Below are positions 63,860 through 64,000 of a stretch of DNA of 64,000 nt, in pieces; position 1 is the first letter of the stretch, and each line of letters begins with the position of its first letter. The stretch is taken from assembly GCF_009914755.1 (NCBI RefSeq), contig NC_060925.1. One strand, given 5' to 3'. This DNA is from the human T2T-CHM13v2.0 reference genome, Homo sapiens. Position numbers and translations under genes: made by a program. A model generated the notes under the pieces. The model worked only from the letters and a program-made list of their open reading frames with translations. It searched no databases and was not told the origin of the DNA.

Positions 63860-64000
63860 AAGTTAAGCATGTAAGTGCCAAGTTCATGTCTTGGTTCTAT
63901 CATTTACCAGCCATGGGCTTTGGGCAAGTTAGTTTTAACCTCATTCAGCCTCAACGTCTTCAACTCTAAAATGGGAATAAATGTTGCCTCCATCATAGAT
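63860..64000 (+). mobile_element. MIR fragment
   Basis: TTTGGGCAAGTTA..GCCTCAA..TAAAATGGGAATAA. Confidence 0.75.

Overview
Primate, most likely human, non-coding DNA that is intronic or intergenic; I cannot identify the locus or host gene from sequence alone. About 43 Alu copies or fragments make up roughly a fifth of the window. Also present are old L1, L2 and MIR fragments, a THE1/MST solo LTR, a probable ERV1-class LTR, MER5A/MER20/Charlie1 DNA transposons and simple repeats. I found no credible protein-coding gene or structural RNA: the ORF track is Alu or L1 read-through, low complexity or chance. I see no evidence for a new multi-gene system. The notable signals are local DNA structures. 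(1) A 274-bp, ~97% identical non-Alu inverted repeat (23173-23446 / 24180-24453). (2) A ~135-bp duplicated unique sequence, one copy of which carries a 348-bp TSD-flanked orphan insertion (6094-6588 vs 8612-8746). (3) A G-rich tract bracketed by 59-bp direct repeats with Ig-switch-like GAGCT/GGGGT pentamers (26406-26618). (4) A TACTAAC...CAG|GTAAGA recursive-splice-like site (~57030-57090). (5) A duplicated AP-1 unit near a fused DR1-CRE motif (13175-14054). (6) A TSD-bounded double L1 3' end suggesting 3' transduction (20219-20874). (7) A near-perfect AT-rich palindrome (3369-3456). Repeat boundaries are approximate and subfamily calls were made by eye.
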